Shown piece after piece: positions 38,573-48,921 of a DNA stretch of 64,000 nucleotides (the stretch's first letter is position 1; every line of letters begins with the position of its first letter). The notes beneath the pieces were generated by a model. The model was not told where the DNA came from and did no database searches. It saw nothing but the letters and a program-made list of their open reading frames with translations. The position numbers and the translations under genes were made by a program. This DNA is from an uncultured Chloroflexia bacterium (GTDB lineage: Bacteria; Chloroflexota; Limnocylindria; Limnocylindrales; CSP1-4): positions 1,257,554 to 1,321,553 of the forward strand of contig CAWBQS010000003.1 of NCBI GenBank assembly GCA_963790915.1. Direction: 5' to 3'.

Positions 38573-39418
38573 TCACTTGATGCTGCCCGCGGTCAAGCCG
38601 CCCACCAGCCACTTCTCGATGACGATGAAGAGGATGACCACCGGCACGATGGCGATGATCGAGGAGGCGAAGAGGTACTGCCACTCCACGCGGTACTGGC
38701 CGATGAAGGTCGTCACGCCCACGGTCAATGGATGGACATCGGGCGACTGGGCCAGCGTGAGGGCCACCACGAACTCGTTCCAGGCGGCGATGAAGGTGAA
38801 GATCGTGGCCGTCACGATGCCCGGCAGGGCCAGCGGCAGCGTCACGCGCCGCAGCACGCCCAGGCGGGTGGCGCCGTCGATCGCCGCGGCTTCCTCCAGC
38901 TCGACGGGGATGGTCGAGAAGTAGGCCACCATGATCCAGGTGGAGAAGGCCAGGTTGAAGGCGGCGTTGACGATGATGAGCGAGACGTAGCTGTTGACGC
39001 CGGCGGCCGGGACGATGTCACCGATGGCCACGAACTCGCGGTAGATGCCGATGACCAGGGCCGTCGGGGCGAACATCTGGGTGACCAGCACGAGCAGCAT
39101 GAACAGCATCCGGCCGCGGTAGCGGTAGCGCGCCGTGTAGTAGGCGGCCGGCAGGGCCACCAGCAGCACGAGCAGCGTGGCGAAGCCGGAGATGATGAGG
39201 CTGCTGCGCAGGTAGCCCCACAGCGGCGCCTCCGTCCAGACGTCGAGGAAGTTGGAGAACTCCAGGCGCGACGGCAGGTACTGCGCCGGGATGGCGTAGA
39301 GCTCCTTGTTGGGCGTCAGCGCCGTGATGAGCATCTGGACGTAGGGAGCGATGAAGAAGATCGCCACCAGGGCCCCCGCCCCGGTGAGGAGTGCCTTGCG
39401 CAGCGGTGAGGCCGTCAT
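38573..39418 (-). CDS. Carbohydrate ABC transporter permease (MalG-like)
   Basis: EAA motif EEAAAIDGATRLGVLRRVTLPLALPGIV. Six TM helices. Confidence 0.8.
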   Translation of the reverse strand: MTASPLRKALLTGAGALVAIFFIAPYVQMLITALTPNKELYAIPAQYLPSRLEFSNFLDVWTEAPLWGYLRSSLIISGFATLLVLLVALPAAYYTARYRYRGRMLFMLLVLVTQMFAPTALVIGIYREFVAIGDIVPAAGVNSYVSLIIVNAAFNLAFSTWIMVAYFSTIPVELEEAAAIDGATRLGVLRRVTLPLALPGIVTATIFTFIAAWNEFVVALTLAQSPDVHPLTVGVTTFIGQYRVEWQYLFASSIIAIVPVVILFIVIEKWLVGGLTAGSIK

Positions 39419-40345
39419 CTATGCGCGCCGCCAGTCCACGACCCGCAGGTAGAGCATCACGAAGACGAAGATGACCAGCAGGTTGACGATGGCCATGGCC
39501 GCCGACTGGCCGATGTCCTGGAAGCGGAAGGCCAGCTTGTACATGAACGTCGTCGTCGTGTCCGTCTGGAAGCCCGGCCCGCCGCCGGTCATGGCCCAGA
39601 TGATGGGGAACGAGTTGAAGACGTTGATCATGTTGATGATGGCCGCCACCAGCAGCGCCGGCCGCAGCAGCGGCAGCGTGATGTAGCGGTACGTGCGCGT
39701 GCCCGTGGCACCGTCCACCCGGGCGGCCTCGTAGATGTCCGTGGGGATGGACTGCAGGCCCGCCAGGATGACGTAGGTGGTGAAGGGCAGCGAGACGAAG
39801 ATGGCCACCGCCATGAGCCACAGGAAGGCCACGGACGGGGTGCCCAGCCAGTCGGTGATGGGGTTGGCGATGAGCCCCAGGTCGAAGAGGATGCGGTTGA
39901 TGATCCCGTAGAAGCCGTCCAGCATCCAGCGCCAGATGGTGGCCGTCATGACCACCGAGGCAGCCCAGGGGACGATGAGCGCCCAGCGCACCAGGCGGCG
40001 GCCCGGGAAGGCGGCGTTGAGCAGCGCCGCGAGGCCCAGCGAGATGAGGATGGTGACGGCCACCACCACGACCACCCAGGTGACCGTGCGCAGCAGGATG
40101 GGCAGCAGATCGGGGTTGGCGAAGAGGACCTGGAAGTTGGTCAGCCCGGCGAAGCCGCGACTGATGCCGGACATGCTGATGTCCTGCAGCGAGGTGCGCA
40201 GCATCTCCACGGCCGGCCAGAGGACGACCGCGAAGATGAGCAGCAGCGCAGGGCCGATCCAGGGCAGCGGCCCCAGGTCGGGGAGGCGCCGCCGCGGCCT
40301 CGGTGGGCCCGCCGACGGCTGCTTCGCCAGGCGCGAGTCGGTCAC
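39419..40345 (-). CDS. Carbohydrate ABC transporter permease (MalF/UgpA-like)
   Basis: EAA motif YEAARVDGATGTRTYRYITLPLLRPAL. Abuts the downstream permease start/stop. Confidence 0.8.
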   Translation of the reverse strand: MTDSRLAKQPSAGPPRPRRRLPDLGPLPWIGPALLLIFAVVLWPAVEMLRTSLQDISMSGISRGFAGLTNFQVLFANPDLLPILLRTVTWVVVVVAVTILISLGLAALLNAAFPGRRLVRWALIVPWAASVVMTATIWRWMLDGFYGIINRILFDLGLIANPITDWLGTPSVAFLWLMAVAIFVSLPFTTYVILAGLQSIPTDIYEAARVDGATGTRTYRYITLPLLRPALLVAAIINMINVFNSFPIIWAMTGGGPGFQTDTTTTFMYKLAFRFQDIGQSAAMAIVNLLVIFVFVMLYLRVVDWRRA

Positions 40346-40432
40346 GGCTCTGCTCCGTGGAAGGGATGCGGGGACCCCGCCGGCCGGCGTGGGTCCCCGC
40401 GTGCTGATCGGATCAGGAGGGCGGAGGGGTTC

Positions 40433-41684
40433 CTACTCGGCGGTCTCGGCCCCCGCCTCCGCCGTGGCCTGCAGCTGGTCCAGGACCTGCTGCTTGTCCG
40501 TGCCCGCCAGGGCCGTGCCGAGGGTCTGCTGGATGGCACCCTGGACGGCCGGCCAGGCGGCCTGGTCGCTGGGGTAGAAGATGGCCGTGGGCAGGACCTC
40601 GATGAACGGCGCCAGCGCCGGGTCGGAGGACATCGCCTCACCCGCCGAGATCGTGGCCGGGATGAAGCCGCCGGCCGCCTCGAGGAAGCCCGGCGTAGTT
40701 GTCGGGCTCGAAGAGGAAGCTCAGGTACTTCTGGACGGCCTCCTGGTTGCCCTCCTTCTTGAAGGCGAAGAAGTAGTCCTGGACGCCGACCGTGATGCTG
40801 TCCTTGCCGTCGTTGGCGGGCATCGGGGCAGCACCCCAGTCGACCTCGCTCTGGAAGGTGTTCACGAGCTCGCCCGGCAGGAAGACGCTGCCGTTGACCA
40901 TGGCCGCGACGCCCTGGGCGAAGAGCGGCCAGGCACCGGAGGTGCGGTCCGTGGTGCCGGGGTTCGGCTGCGTGCAGCCTGCGTCGACGAGCGACTGCAG
41001 GTACTCCAGCGTCTCGAGGTTCTCCGGGCTGTTGATGACCCACGCGCCGTCGCGGAAGTAGCCGCCGCCATTGCCGCCGGTCCACATCAGGAACTCGGCC
41101 TGGGCCTCCTCGGGACCGAGGGGCAGGGCCAGCGGGATGATGCTCGGGTCGTAGGCCTTGATGGCCTCGCAGGCCGCCAGCAGCTCGCTCCACGTGGCCG
41201 GCGGAGCGGTGACCCCGGCAGCCGCGAGGATGTCCTTGTTGTAGAAGAAGAGCCGGTCGCTGGCGAGGTCGGCCACGGCGTACTCGACGCCGTCGTACTT
41301 CGAGTTCTCGCGGAAGGCGGGCACGAAGTCCGCCAGGACCTCGGGCGTCACGATCTGGTCGGCCGGATACAGGAGGCCGTCGGCGGCGAAGTTGGCGAAG
41401 TAGTTGAGGTTCATGATGTCGGGCGGATCCCCGGCACCGATGCGCGTGTTGAGGACGTCGTAGATGTTGTTCCAGCTCACGACCTCGACTTTCACGTCGA
41501 TGTCCGGGTTGGCTTCCATGAAGCGCGCCGAGAGGTCGTCGAAGTAGGGCTGCATGGCGTCCGTGTAGCCCGACTGGATCATCTCGATGCTGGTCTTGTC
41601 CTGCGCCACGGCGGGCGCGGCGCCGGCCAGCACCAGCATGCCGGCTGCTCCCAGCGTCGCGAGCCGGGTGAGTCGCGTAGTCAT
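40433..41684 (-). pseudogene. Carbohydrate ABC substrate-binding protein (SBP family 1) with a 1-nt frameshift near the C-terminus (about 40650)
   Basis: Signal peptide MTTRLTRLATLGAAGMLVLAGAAPAVAQD. The frame breaks at ...DNYAGFLEAAGG.... The C-terminal 66-aa ORF (40433-40633) continues the SBP. The break is an extra G in a GGG run. Confidence 0.7.
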
Positions 41685-41943
41685 CGTTCCTGACCTCCTC
41701 CAACTGTCGGGCCACGCCTGTCGTGGTCCGCTGCGTCAGGCCGCCCGTGCGTCCTGACCGTGTCACCGGCCTGTCCGGTGTCGTCACATCCGCTCCGAGG
41801 GGTGGCGCGGCGGCACTGGGACTGACCTGCTGAGCGCACGATGACGCATCCACGCAGGTCCCGCCACCCCGCTCTGCAGACGCCCGGCCACCCCTCGCAA
41901 CGGACAGGCCGGCGACGAGATCGCGGCGGGCCTCGCCCGCCCC

Positions 41944-43275
41944 TCAGCCCCCCTTGGGGCTCAGGACGTCACCGAAGCGGGCGGCGATGGAGAGCGCCGG
42001 ATCCATCGGGACCTCCGCGGGGACGACGTCCGCGGGGATGCTGATGGTCGGGGTGGGCCGGATGGTCCGACCCTCGAACTGGGGCAGCCACTGGCGCTGC
42101 GACTCCAGCATCTCGGTGGCCATCTCGCGGATGCCGGGCAGCGGCAGGACCGCCGAGGTGAGCGGATCCAGCGCGCAGGCATGGACGACGGCCTCCGGGT
42201 CGCCGGCGATCGCCGCCTCCACGGCAAGGCGCTGGACGTTGATGTTGGTGAGGTTGAGCGCCGCGCACTGGCTGGGCAGGTCGCCCACGAGGACAGCGTG
42301 CAGGCCTCCGCCGTCGGCGTACATGGGGCCCTCGATGCAGGCGTCGGCGGGCAGGTTGGTGATGGCGCCGCGGTTGATGCGGTTGCCCTGGAAGTGGAAG
42401 GGCACGTCCGTCTCGATGGCCTCGATGATGCGCGGACCGTATTCATGACTGCGGGCGGGCAGGTCGGTGCCGCCTTCGTGGAGGACATCGTCATCGGTGT
42501 ACTGCGTGGCGATGACCCGCGCCCAGCGCACCTGCGCGCCACTCTCGCCGCCGAAGGCAGGCCGGTCGCAGTAGCGCGCCAGCGCCTCCGGGTCCTTGCG
42601 GAAGTAGGGGAGGTACTCGGAGAGGTGCCCGGTCGACTCGGTCATGAAGTAGCCGAACTGCCGCAGCATCTCGCCGCGGACCTTCTCGTTGACGTAGTAG
42701 GCGGGCTCCTCGAAGCGTGCCCGCAGGGCAGGGTAGAGGTCGCGGCCGTGGTGCTCGAGACGGACGAACCACGACATGTGATTGATGCCGGCGGCCAGGA
42801 AGACGATCTCCTCCCGGGGCACGCCCGTGTAGCCGGCCACCAGGTCGAGCGTCACCTGGGTGCCGTGGCAGAGGCCCACCGAATGGATCGCCGAGTCGCC
42901 CACCGACCAGCAGACCATGTCCAGCGGGTTCGTGTAGTTGAGCAGCACGGCATCCGGCGCCAGCGCTTCCATGTCGCGCACGACCGACCGCGCCACCGGG
43001 ATGCTGCGCAGGGCGCGGAAGATGCCGCCCGGCGCCAGCGTGTCGCCGATGCACTGATCGACGCCGTAGCGGAGCGGGACGTCGTAGTCGAGCTCCGTGG
43101 CGCGGAGGCCGCCGACCTGGAACGTCGTGAAGACGTAGTCGGACCCGGCGATGGCGGCCGCCTGGTCGGTCTCCACGACGACCGTGGCTGGCAGGCCATG
43201 GGCCTCGATGAGTGCCTCCGCCCAGCGCTGGATGAGCGGTGTGCGTCGCGTGGACGGGTCCATGAGGACGAACAA
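41944..43275 (-). CDS. Glycoside hydrolase family 4 protein (NAD+/Mn2+-dependent alpha-glucosidase/alpha-galactosidase/6-phospho-glycosidase type), N-terminally truncated: it lacks the GXGS Rossmann motif
   Basis: Aligns along its length with the GH4 at 50047-51344 (QVGG, LNYTNP, GLCHG). It begins at FVLMDPSTRR, which matches IVLYDIDADRL in the paralog. The first ~27-30 residues, including the VGAGS motif, are absent in all three frames upstream, and the palindrome CCGGACGTCCGG occupies that position. Confidence 0.65.
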   Translation of the reverse strand: MFVLMDPSTRRTPLIQRWAEALIEAHGLPATVVVETDQAAAIAGSDYVFTTFQVGGLRATELDYDVPLRYGVDQCIGDTLAPGGIFRALRSIPVARSVVRDMEALAPDAVLLNYTNPLDMVCWSVGDSAIHSVGLCHGTQVTLDLVAGYTGVPREEIVFLAAGINHMSWFVRLEHHGRDLYPALRARFEEPAYYVNEKVRGEMLRQFGYFMTESTGHLSEYLPYFRKDPEALARYCDRPAFGGESGAQVRWARVIATQYTDDDVLHEGGTDLPARSHEYGPRIIEAIETDVPFHFQGNRINRGAITNLPADACIEGPMYADGGGLHAVLVGDLPSQCAALNLTNINVQRLAVEAAIAGDPEAVVHACALDPLTSAVLPLPGIREMATEMLESQRQWLPQFEGRTIRPTPTISIPADVVPAEVPMDPALSIAARFGDVLSPKGG

Positions 43276-43294
43276 GGGCTGACCACATTGGACA

Positions 43295-43325
43295 TCAGGA
43301 CATCCGGACGTCCGGTCCTCATGGT
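43295..43325. promoter_or_regulatory. Palindromic element CCGGACGTCCGG (copy 1) at the 5' end of the minus-strand sugar operon, divergent from the adenosine deaminase gene
   Basis: Perfect 12-bp palindrome read from the sequence. The same core recurs at about 50001-50014 and twice, overlapping, at about 51440-51459. Confidence 0.5.
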
Positions 43326-43470
43326 CGCACGGCGGGTGTCAAGCCGCCTTGGCCCGGCTCCGCGCCGACCTCCCGGCTCCGCGCCGGTCACCGGGCTCCG
43401 GGCGGATCGCTCGCAGCGCGACCGCTGCTGGCATCGCCGCGGCTTTGACGACGCGCTAGCATCGCAATGC

Positions 43471-44532
43471 ATGGCTGCTGTGCTCTCGCGCAAGATCCCC
43501 CTCACGGAGCTGCACTGCCATCTGGGCGGCGCCGTGACGCCGGCGGTCATGTGGGGCATCGCCCACTCGCAGGGCATCCGCCTGCCCAGCAAGGACTACT
43601 GGGCCTTCCGCGAGATGATCACCGTCTCGCCGCGGCGGGGCCGCTCCTTCGACGGCTACCTGCAGCTCTTCCACTGGACCGAGCTCATCCAGTCCTCGCC
43701 ACTGGCCGTGGAACGCTCCGCGTACGAGGTCATCGGCGGCGCCTACCGCAAGAACAACGTGACCACCATGGAGCTGCGCTTCAACCCGATGAAGCGCAAC
43801 CGCGGCGGCGAGCAGGACCTGGACCACATCATCAGCGCCGCCATCCGGGGCATGGACCGCGCCGTGCTGGAGTACCCGGTGCGGCCTGGGCTGATCCTCT
43901 GCCTGGACCGCGCCTTCCCCGTGGCCCTCAACGAGATCATCGCCGAGAAGGCCATCGCCTACCGCGATCGCGGCGTGGTCGGTGTGGACATCGCGGGGCC
44001 GGAATCGGACGGCTTCCACGCAGCCGACTACCGGGCCATCTTCCGGCGCTGCCACCGCCACGGGCTGGGAACCACCGTGCACACCGGCGAATCGGGCCCC
44101 GTGGAGGAGGTCGCCGCGGTCATCGAGGCACTGGAGCCCGACCGTATCGGCCACGGCGTCAAGGCCGCCTACGACCCGCGCACCATGGCCCTCATCCGCG
44201 AGCGTGGTATCACGCTCGAGCTCTGCCCGACCAGCAACCTCAACTCGCGGGTGGTCTCCGGCTGGGAGGAGTTCCGCTGGATCTTCGACACGTTCCGGCA
44301 CAACGGCGTGCGCTACACCATCAACACGGACGGGCCGGAGATGCTCAAGACGTACATCCGTGACGAGCTCGCCTCGCTCTCGCGTCACGGCATCCTCTCC
44401 GTCGAGGAGCAGGAGCAGGCGGCCGCCTGGGCCCGCGAGGCCTCCTTCGTGCCTGGGCCGGTCGCGGCCGCGGCGCCGCTGCCGCGCCGCACGCCTGCCA
44501 CGCGCCGCACCGTGGAACGCGAAGAGGGCTGA
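43471..44532 (+). CDS. Adenosine/AMP deaminase-family metallohydrolase (adenosine deaminase-like)
   Basis: HCHLGG zinc-binding start, ELCPTSN and NTD motifs. 353 aa. Start chosen at MAAVLSRKIP; the track ORF 42181-44532 is an upstream read-through. Confidence 0.75.
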   Translation: MAAVLSRKIPLTELHCHLGGAVTPAVMWGIAHSQGIRLPSKDYWAFREMITVSPRRGRSFDGYLQLFHWTELIQSSPLAVERSAYEVIGGAYRKNNVTTMELRFNPMKRNRGGEQDLDHIISAAIRGMDRAVLEYPVRPGLILCLDRAFPVALNEIIAEKAIAYRDRGVVGVDIAGPESDGFHAADYRAIFRRCHRHGLGTTVHTGESGPVEEVAAVIEALEPDRIGHGVKAAYDPRTMALIRERGITLELCPTSNLNSRVVSGWEEFRWIFDTFRHNGVRYTINTDGPEMLKTYIRDELASLSRHGILSVEEQEQAAAWAREASFVPGPVAAAAPLPRRTPATRRTVEREEG

Positions 44533-44589
44533 GTCACGCCCCCGGCGGTGTGCCGCGGGCGGGTCGTCAGGCAGCGGCGGGCCGTCCGG

Positions 44590-44985
44590 GGATCGCCAGC
44601 AGCCCGGATCGCAGCGGAGTCAGGGGCGCGGATCGTCAGGGGCGCGGATCGTCACCCGGTGAACGAACTCGACGTGTTTCCCCCCTCGGCGATGCTCCGG
44701 ACCTTCGATCTTGCGCATCTCTGTCACCGGATGACCACATCTGACGATCTGTGTCACCGGGCGCACGAAACCGGCGACTCCGCGCCGTCCGGGCGGGAAC
44801 GTGGTCGCGTTGTGTCACCGGATGACAGCCGGGACGCGGGCGTCGAAGCGCCACCGGGAGCAGGCGCCAACCGCCCGGGTCGCTCGGACCATCCGCCAGC
44901 GAGCCGCGCCCAGCTGCCTGCGCGCATCCGCTCGCGCCGGCCGCGCCTCAGCCGCCTGCGCGCATCCGCTCGCGCCGGCCGCGCC
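44590..44985. repeat. Repeat-rich non-coding region between convergent gene ends: 3x TGTCACCGG(ATGACA) motif, 2x 39-bp direct repeat (GCCTGCGCGCATCCGCTCGCGCCGGCCGCGCCTCA), 2x TCAGGGGCGCGGATCG
   Basis: Direct inspection of 44600-45000. The two near-identical 15-bp sites TGTCACCGGATGAC[A/C] lie about 100 bp apart. Confidence 0.5.
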
Positions 44986-47684
44986 TCACCCGCCTGCTGC
45001 CGAAGAGCCCGCTGACGAAGCCGAGGATGCTGACGTGCGATGTGGCCTGGACGGCCACCAGACCCACTCGCCGATGAGCGCGGTGAGGGCCGGGATGAGC
45101 AGGCTGCGCACGATGAGCGTGTCGATGAGCACGCCCAGAGCCACGCTCAGGCCGACCTGCTGGAGCACCTGCAGGGGCGCCACGACGAGGGCCGCGAAGG
45201 TACCCGCGAGGATGAGGCCGGCCGAGGTGATGACGGTGCCCGTGCGCGCCGTGGCCACGGTGATGCCGGCCCGCAGCTCCCGGGTGGCGCACTCCTCGCG
45301 CACGCGGCTCATGAGGAAGATGTTGTAGTCCGACCCGAGGGCCACGAGCAACACGAAGACGATGAGCGGCACGAGGTAGTTGAGGCCGTCGTGGCCCAGG
45401 ATGTCCTGGAAGATGAGCGTCGCCACGCCGAGCGTCGTGCAGAAGCTGAGGAGCACGCTGGCCACCAGGTAGAGCGGCGCCACGACGCTGCGCAGGAGCA
45501 GCATGAGCACGAACAGGACGCCCAGCACGGTGATGAGGCCCACCAGCTTGAAGTCCTCGGTGGTGGCGGTCTGCACGTCCGCCGATGTGGCCGTGGGGCC
45601 GCCCACATAGGCGGCGCCGATCACGGCCCTCCGCCGGAGCCGCGCTGCCGTCGTCGGCGCCGCTGCCGTCGAGGCTCGCCGGGTCGGCCGTCGCGGAGGT
45701 CCACTCGGCCAGCAGCGTGCGCACTCGTCCCACGGTGGCGAGGGCATCCGTGCTGTAGGGTTCGTCGGCCGTCACCAGGCTGAGCTGGCTGGACCGGCCG
45801 TCGGCGGAGAGGTAGTTGGCGAGGAGCATGGCGAGGCCTGGGTCGTTGGCGGCCGAGGGCGGGATGAAGAGGTCATCGGCGCGCCCCGCGAACGTCGAGG
45901 CAAGGTCGCTGATCGCGTCGGGCAGGCCGGCGCTCAGGCCGGCGGCCGTGGCCAGCGCCTCTCCGCGCGCGGAGTCGTCGGGGCTGGCTGCCTGGTAGGT
46001 GGCGACGGCCTCGCGCAGGGCGGCCACCTCGTCGCGCGTCGCCCCCAGGGCACCACTGGCCAGGTCCGGATAGGCGGCCAGCAGGGCGTCGAGGTAGTCG
46101 AGACCCTGGTCCAAGGCGCCCAGGGTGTCGGGATCGGCGAGGGCGGCCAGGGCCGCCAGCGGATCGCCGCTGCCCGCGAGGGACGCCACCATCGCCTGCA
46201 GCTGGGTCGAGGGACGCAGGCCATCGGGGATGCTGCCGTCACCAGCGGGCGTGGCCAGCGAGCGGACGGTGTGCACGCCATCGAGCTGTCCCAGCGCCTG
46301 GCTGAGACGCGCCAGCTCGGCGAGGCCCGCCGGGGATTCCAACTCGGCGCCCTCACGAGCCTCCACGAGCACGCTCACCGGCAGCAATTGGCCGCGGTCG
46401 AAGTGCTCGGCAACGATGTCGAAGCCGCGGCGTGCCTCCATCGTCCTGGGCAACTCCTTGATCGTGTCGAACTCCACGCGCAGGCCGGGCAGGGCGAGGA
46501 TGGGCAGCACGAGGAGCAGGGTGACGAGGCCCGCGACGCGACCCGGCTGGCGTGTGATCCGGGCCGCCAGTCGGTCCCAAGCCCCGGGCGTGTGCGCTCG
46601 GACCATCCGCCACGGCGTCGTGGCGTGGCCAGTAGAGCCAGCGGCCGGCCAGCACGGCCAACGAGGGCGTCAGGGTCAGCCCGGCCACCAGCGTGATGGC
46701 CACGGTCACCGCCAGCGCCGGCCCGACGGCCTGGACCATGCCGAAGCTGGCCACGGCCATGGCGCTGAGTCCCACGATGACCGTCGCCGCACTGGCCGTG
46801 ATGACCGCGCCGATCCGGCCCACCGTCACGATGGCCGCCAGGTCACGGGCCCGTCGGCCCAACTCCTCGCGATAGCGGGAGAGCACGAAGATGGCGTAGT
46901 CCGTGCCGATGCCGAAGACGACCACGACGACGAAGGAATCCAGCAGCGAGGGGATGCGCCAGCCGGCCATGGCCAGCAGGGCCAGCGCGGCGCGCGCCGC
47001 CACGAACGACGCGCCGATGGTCAGCAGCGGCACCAGCGCAGCCACCGGCGCACGGTAGATGAGCAGCAGGATGACGATGACGAGGAGGACCGTCACGACC
47101 GTGGTGCGGTCGGTGCCCATGATGACCGCCTCGAGGTAGTCGGCGGTGATGGCCACCGTGCCGGTGACATCGGCCTGCAGACCGTCTCCGCCGATGCTCT
47201 CGAGCTTGGAGCGGAGGGCCACCACGGCTTCGCGCGCGGGCTGGCCCATGGGGTCCGCCGAGAGGCGCACGGAGAGCATCTCGACGGCGCCGTCGGCGCT
47301 GCGGTACATGGCTTCATAGCCGGGCACGTCGGCGGCACCCTCCACGGAGAGGAGGACATCCCGCAGCGCCGCCGGCAGGGTATCGCCACGCAGCGCGGCC
47401 TCCACGTCGCCGATGGTGGCCCGGTCGGCGTCGCTGAGCGTGGCCCCCGGGCGGCTGAAGACGACGGTCGCCACGGCCGCCGACTGGCGCTCGGGGAAGG
47501 CCGCCGCAAGGCGCTCACCGGCCTGGCGTGCGGCGCTGCCTTCCGGCAGGAAGCCAGCTTCCTCCGACGCCGTCAGCGAGGCCAGCGAAGGTACGAAGAG
47601 GAGCGCGGCAGCGACCAGGACCAGCCAGCCCACGACGATGGGCAGCCGCCGGCGCAGCACGAGGCGTCCGAGCCGTTCGAACAT
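44986..47684 (-). pseudogene. MMPL-family (RND superfamily) membrane transporter, interrupted by two frameshifts (about 46600 and about 45650)
   Basis: N-terminal half is ORF 46353-47684 (TM1, large periplasmic loop, then TM2-6 with GIGTDYAIFVLSRYREE). The middle is ORF 44948-46606 (second periplasmic domain). The C-terminal TM bundle is ORF 44986-45747 (GSDYNIFLMSRVREE). Confidence 0.7.
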
Positions 47685-47853
47685 GCCCCACTACTACAGT
47701 CCCTGCGCGGGCCACGCGGCAGGGCCGAACGGACGTCTTCCGGGGGCGCTCGTGCCCAGCCTGTCGGCTCGCGGGCACCCCACCGGCCACTCCGACCGCC
47801 GTTCGGCGCGCGCACAGCCCGCGGCCGCCCCGACCGCCGGGCCGTCCCCGAGG

Positions 47854-48813
47854 CTAGAGGAGCGCCTCCGTCTCGGCGAGGGTGGCCTGGCCGTCCACGC
47901 CGCCGACCGCGCGGGTGGAGAGCGTCCCGCAGGCGACGCCCATGGCCAGCATCTCCGCGAGGGGTCGGCCGTCCAGGAAGGCACGGATGAAGCCGGCATC
48001 GAAGGCGTCCCCGGCGCCGGCCGTGTCCACCACCGGCACGCGATCGGCGGGCAGGTGCAGGGCCTCCGCACCACGCACCGCCAGGGCGCCCTCAGCGCCG
48101 AGCTTGAGGGCCACGACGAGCGGCCCGGCGGCCGGGTCGCGGCCGGCGTCCTCGGCCATGGCCACCAGTGCGTGGGCTGCCTCCAGGGGATCCTCGCGAC
48201 CCGTGATGAGCGCTGCCTCACGCTCGTTCGGGAAGTAGATGTCCGTCGCGGCGAGCATCGGGGCGATGCCCTCCCAGCGTCGCTGCGGATCCCAGTTGGC
48301 GTCGAAGGACGTGCTCACCCCGGCCGCGCGCGCCTCCTCGAAGAGTCGCGGCAGGCCCGGCCGCAGGCGCGGCTGGATGCCCGTCGAGCCGGCGTGGAGA
48401 TGGCGGATGTGCGGCAGCACGTCACGCGGGACATCCTCAGCGCGCAGGCGGTCGATGGTGCCGGTGGCCGTGAGCAGGGCGCGGTCATCGCCGCGGCAGA
48501 GGTGCACCGTGGCACCTGTCGGGATGGCAGAGTCGATCGTGATCATGGAGGTGTCCACACCGCGTTCCCGGAGGGCGTCCAGGGTGGCCCGGCCCAGCAG
48601 GTCGTCACCGACGATCCCGCCATGGGCGACGCGGAGGCCCAGCCGCGCCAGGCCGCAGGCGGTGATCGCGGATGAGCCGCCCACCGTCAGCCGGATGGTG
48701 CCTACCAGCTTCTCCACCTGCCCGAACTCCGGCACGACGTCTTCGCCCAGGATGAGGATGTCCGGGTTGACGTCGCCGATGACGTAGGCGTCGATGTCGC
48801 GGCCCGCCTCCAT
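47854..48813 (-). CDS. PfkB-family carbohydrate kinase (ribokinase/tagatose-6-P kinase/ketohexokinase-like)
   Basis: N-terminal GG motif (VGGSSAITACGLARLG) and C-terminal ATP motif DTAGAGDAFDAGF. Confidence 0.8.
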   Translation of the reverse strand: MEAGRDIDAYVIGDVNPDILILGEDVVPEFGQVEKLVGTIRLTVGGSSAITACGLARLGLRVAHGGIVGDDLLGRATLDALRERGVDTSMITIDSAIPTGATVHLCRGDDRALLTATGTIDRLRAEDVPRDVLPHIRHLHAGSTGIQPRLRPGLPRLFEEARAAGVSTSFDANWDPQRRWEGIAPMLAATDIYFPNEREAALITGREDPLEAAHALVAMAEDAGRDPAAGPLVVALKLGAEGALAVRGAEALHLPADRVPVVDTAGAGDAFDAGFIRAFLDGRPLAEMLAMGVACGTLSTRAVGGVDGQATLAETEALL

Positions 48814-48921
48814 CGGGCGGGCCGCCGACTCGCGGGCCGCCGGCTGGTGTCGGGCCGCCGGCTGGTCAGGCGGGCTCCGCCTCCACCTCCGCTGGCCCGG
48901 GCTGGGCGGGCTCCGGGTCGC

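Noticed and set aside
42181-43470. N-terminal 430 codons of the track ORF 42181-44532, and similar long 5' extensions at 13504-14883, 18397-21615, 53292-54686 and 10060-11694
   Set aside because: Homology and signal peptides start at internal start codons. The upstream parts overlap neighbouring genes or are Arg-rich noise.
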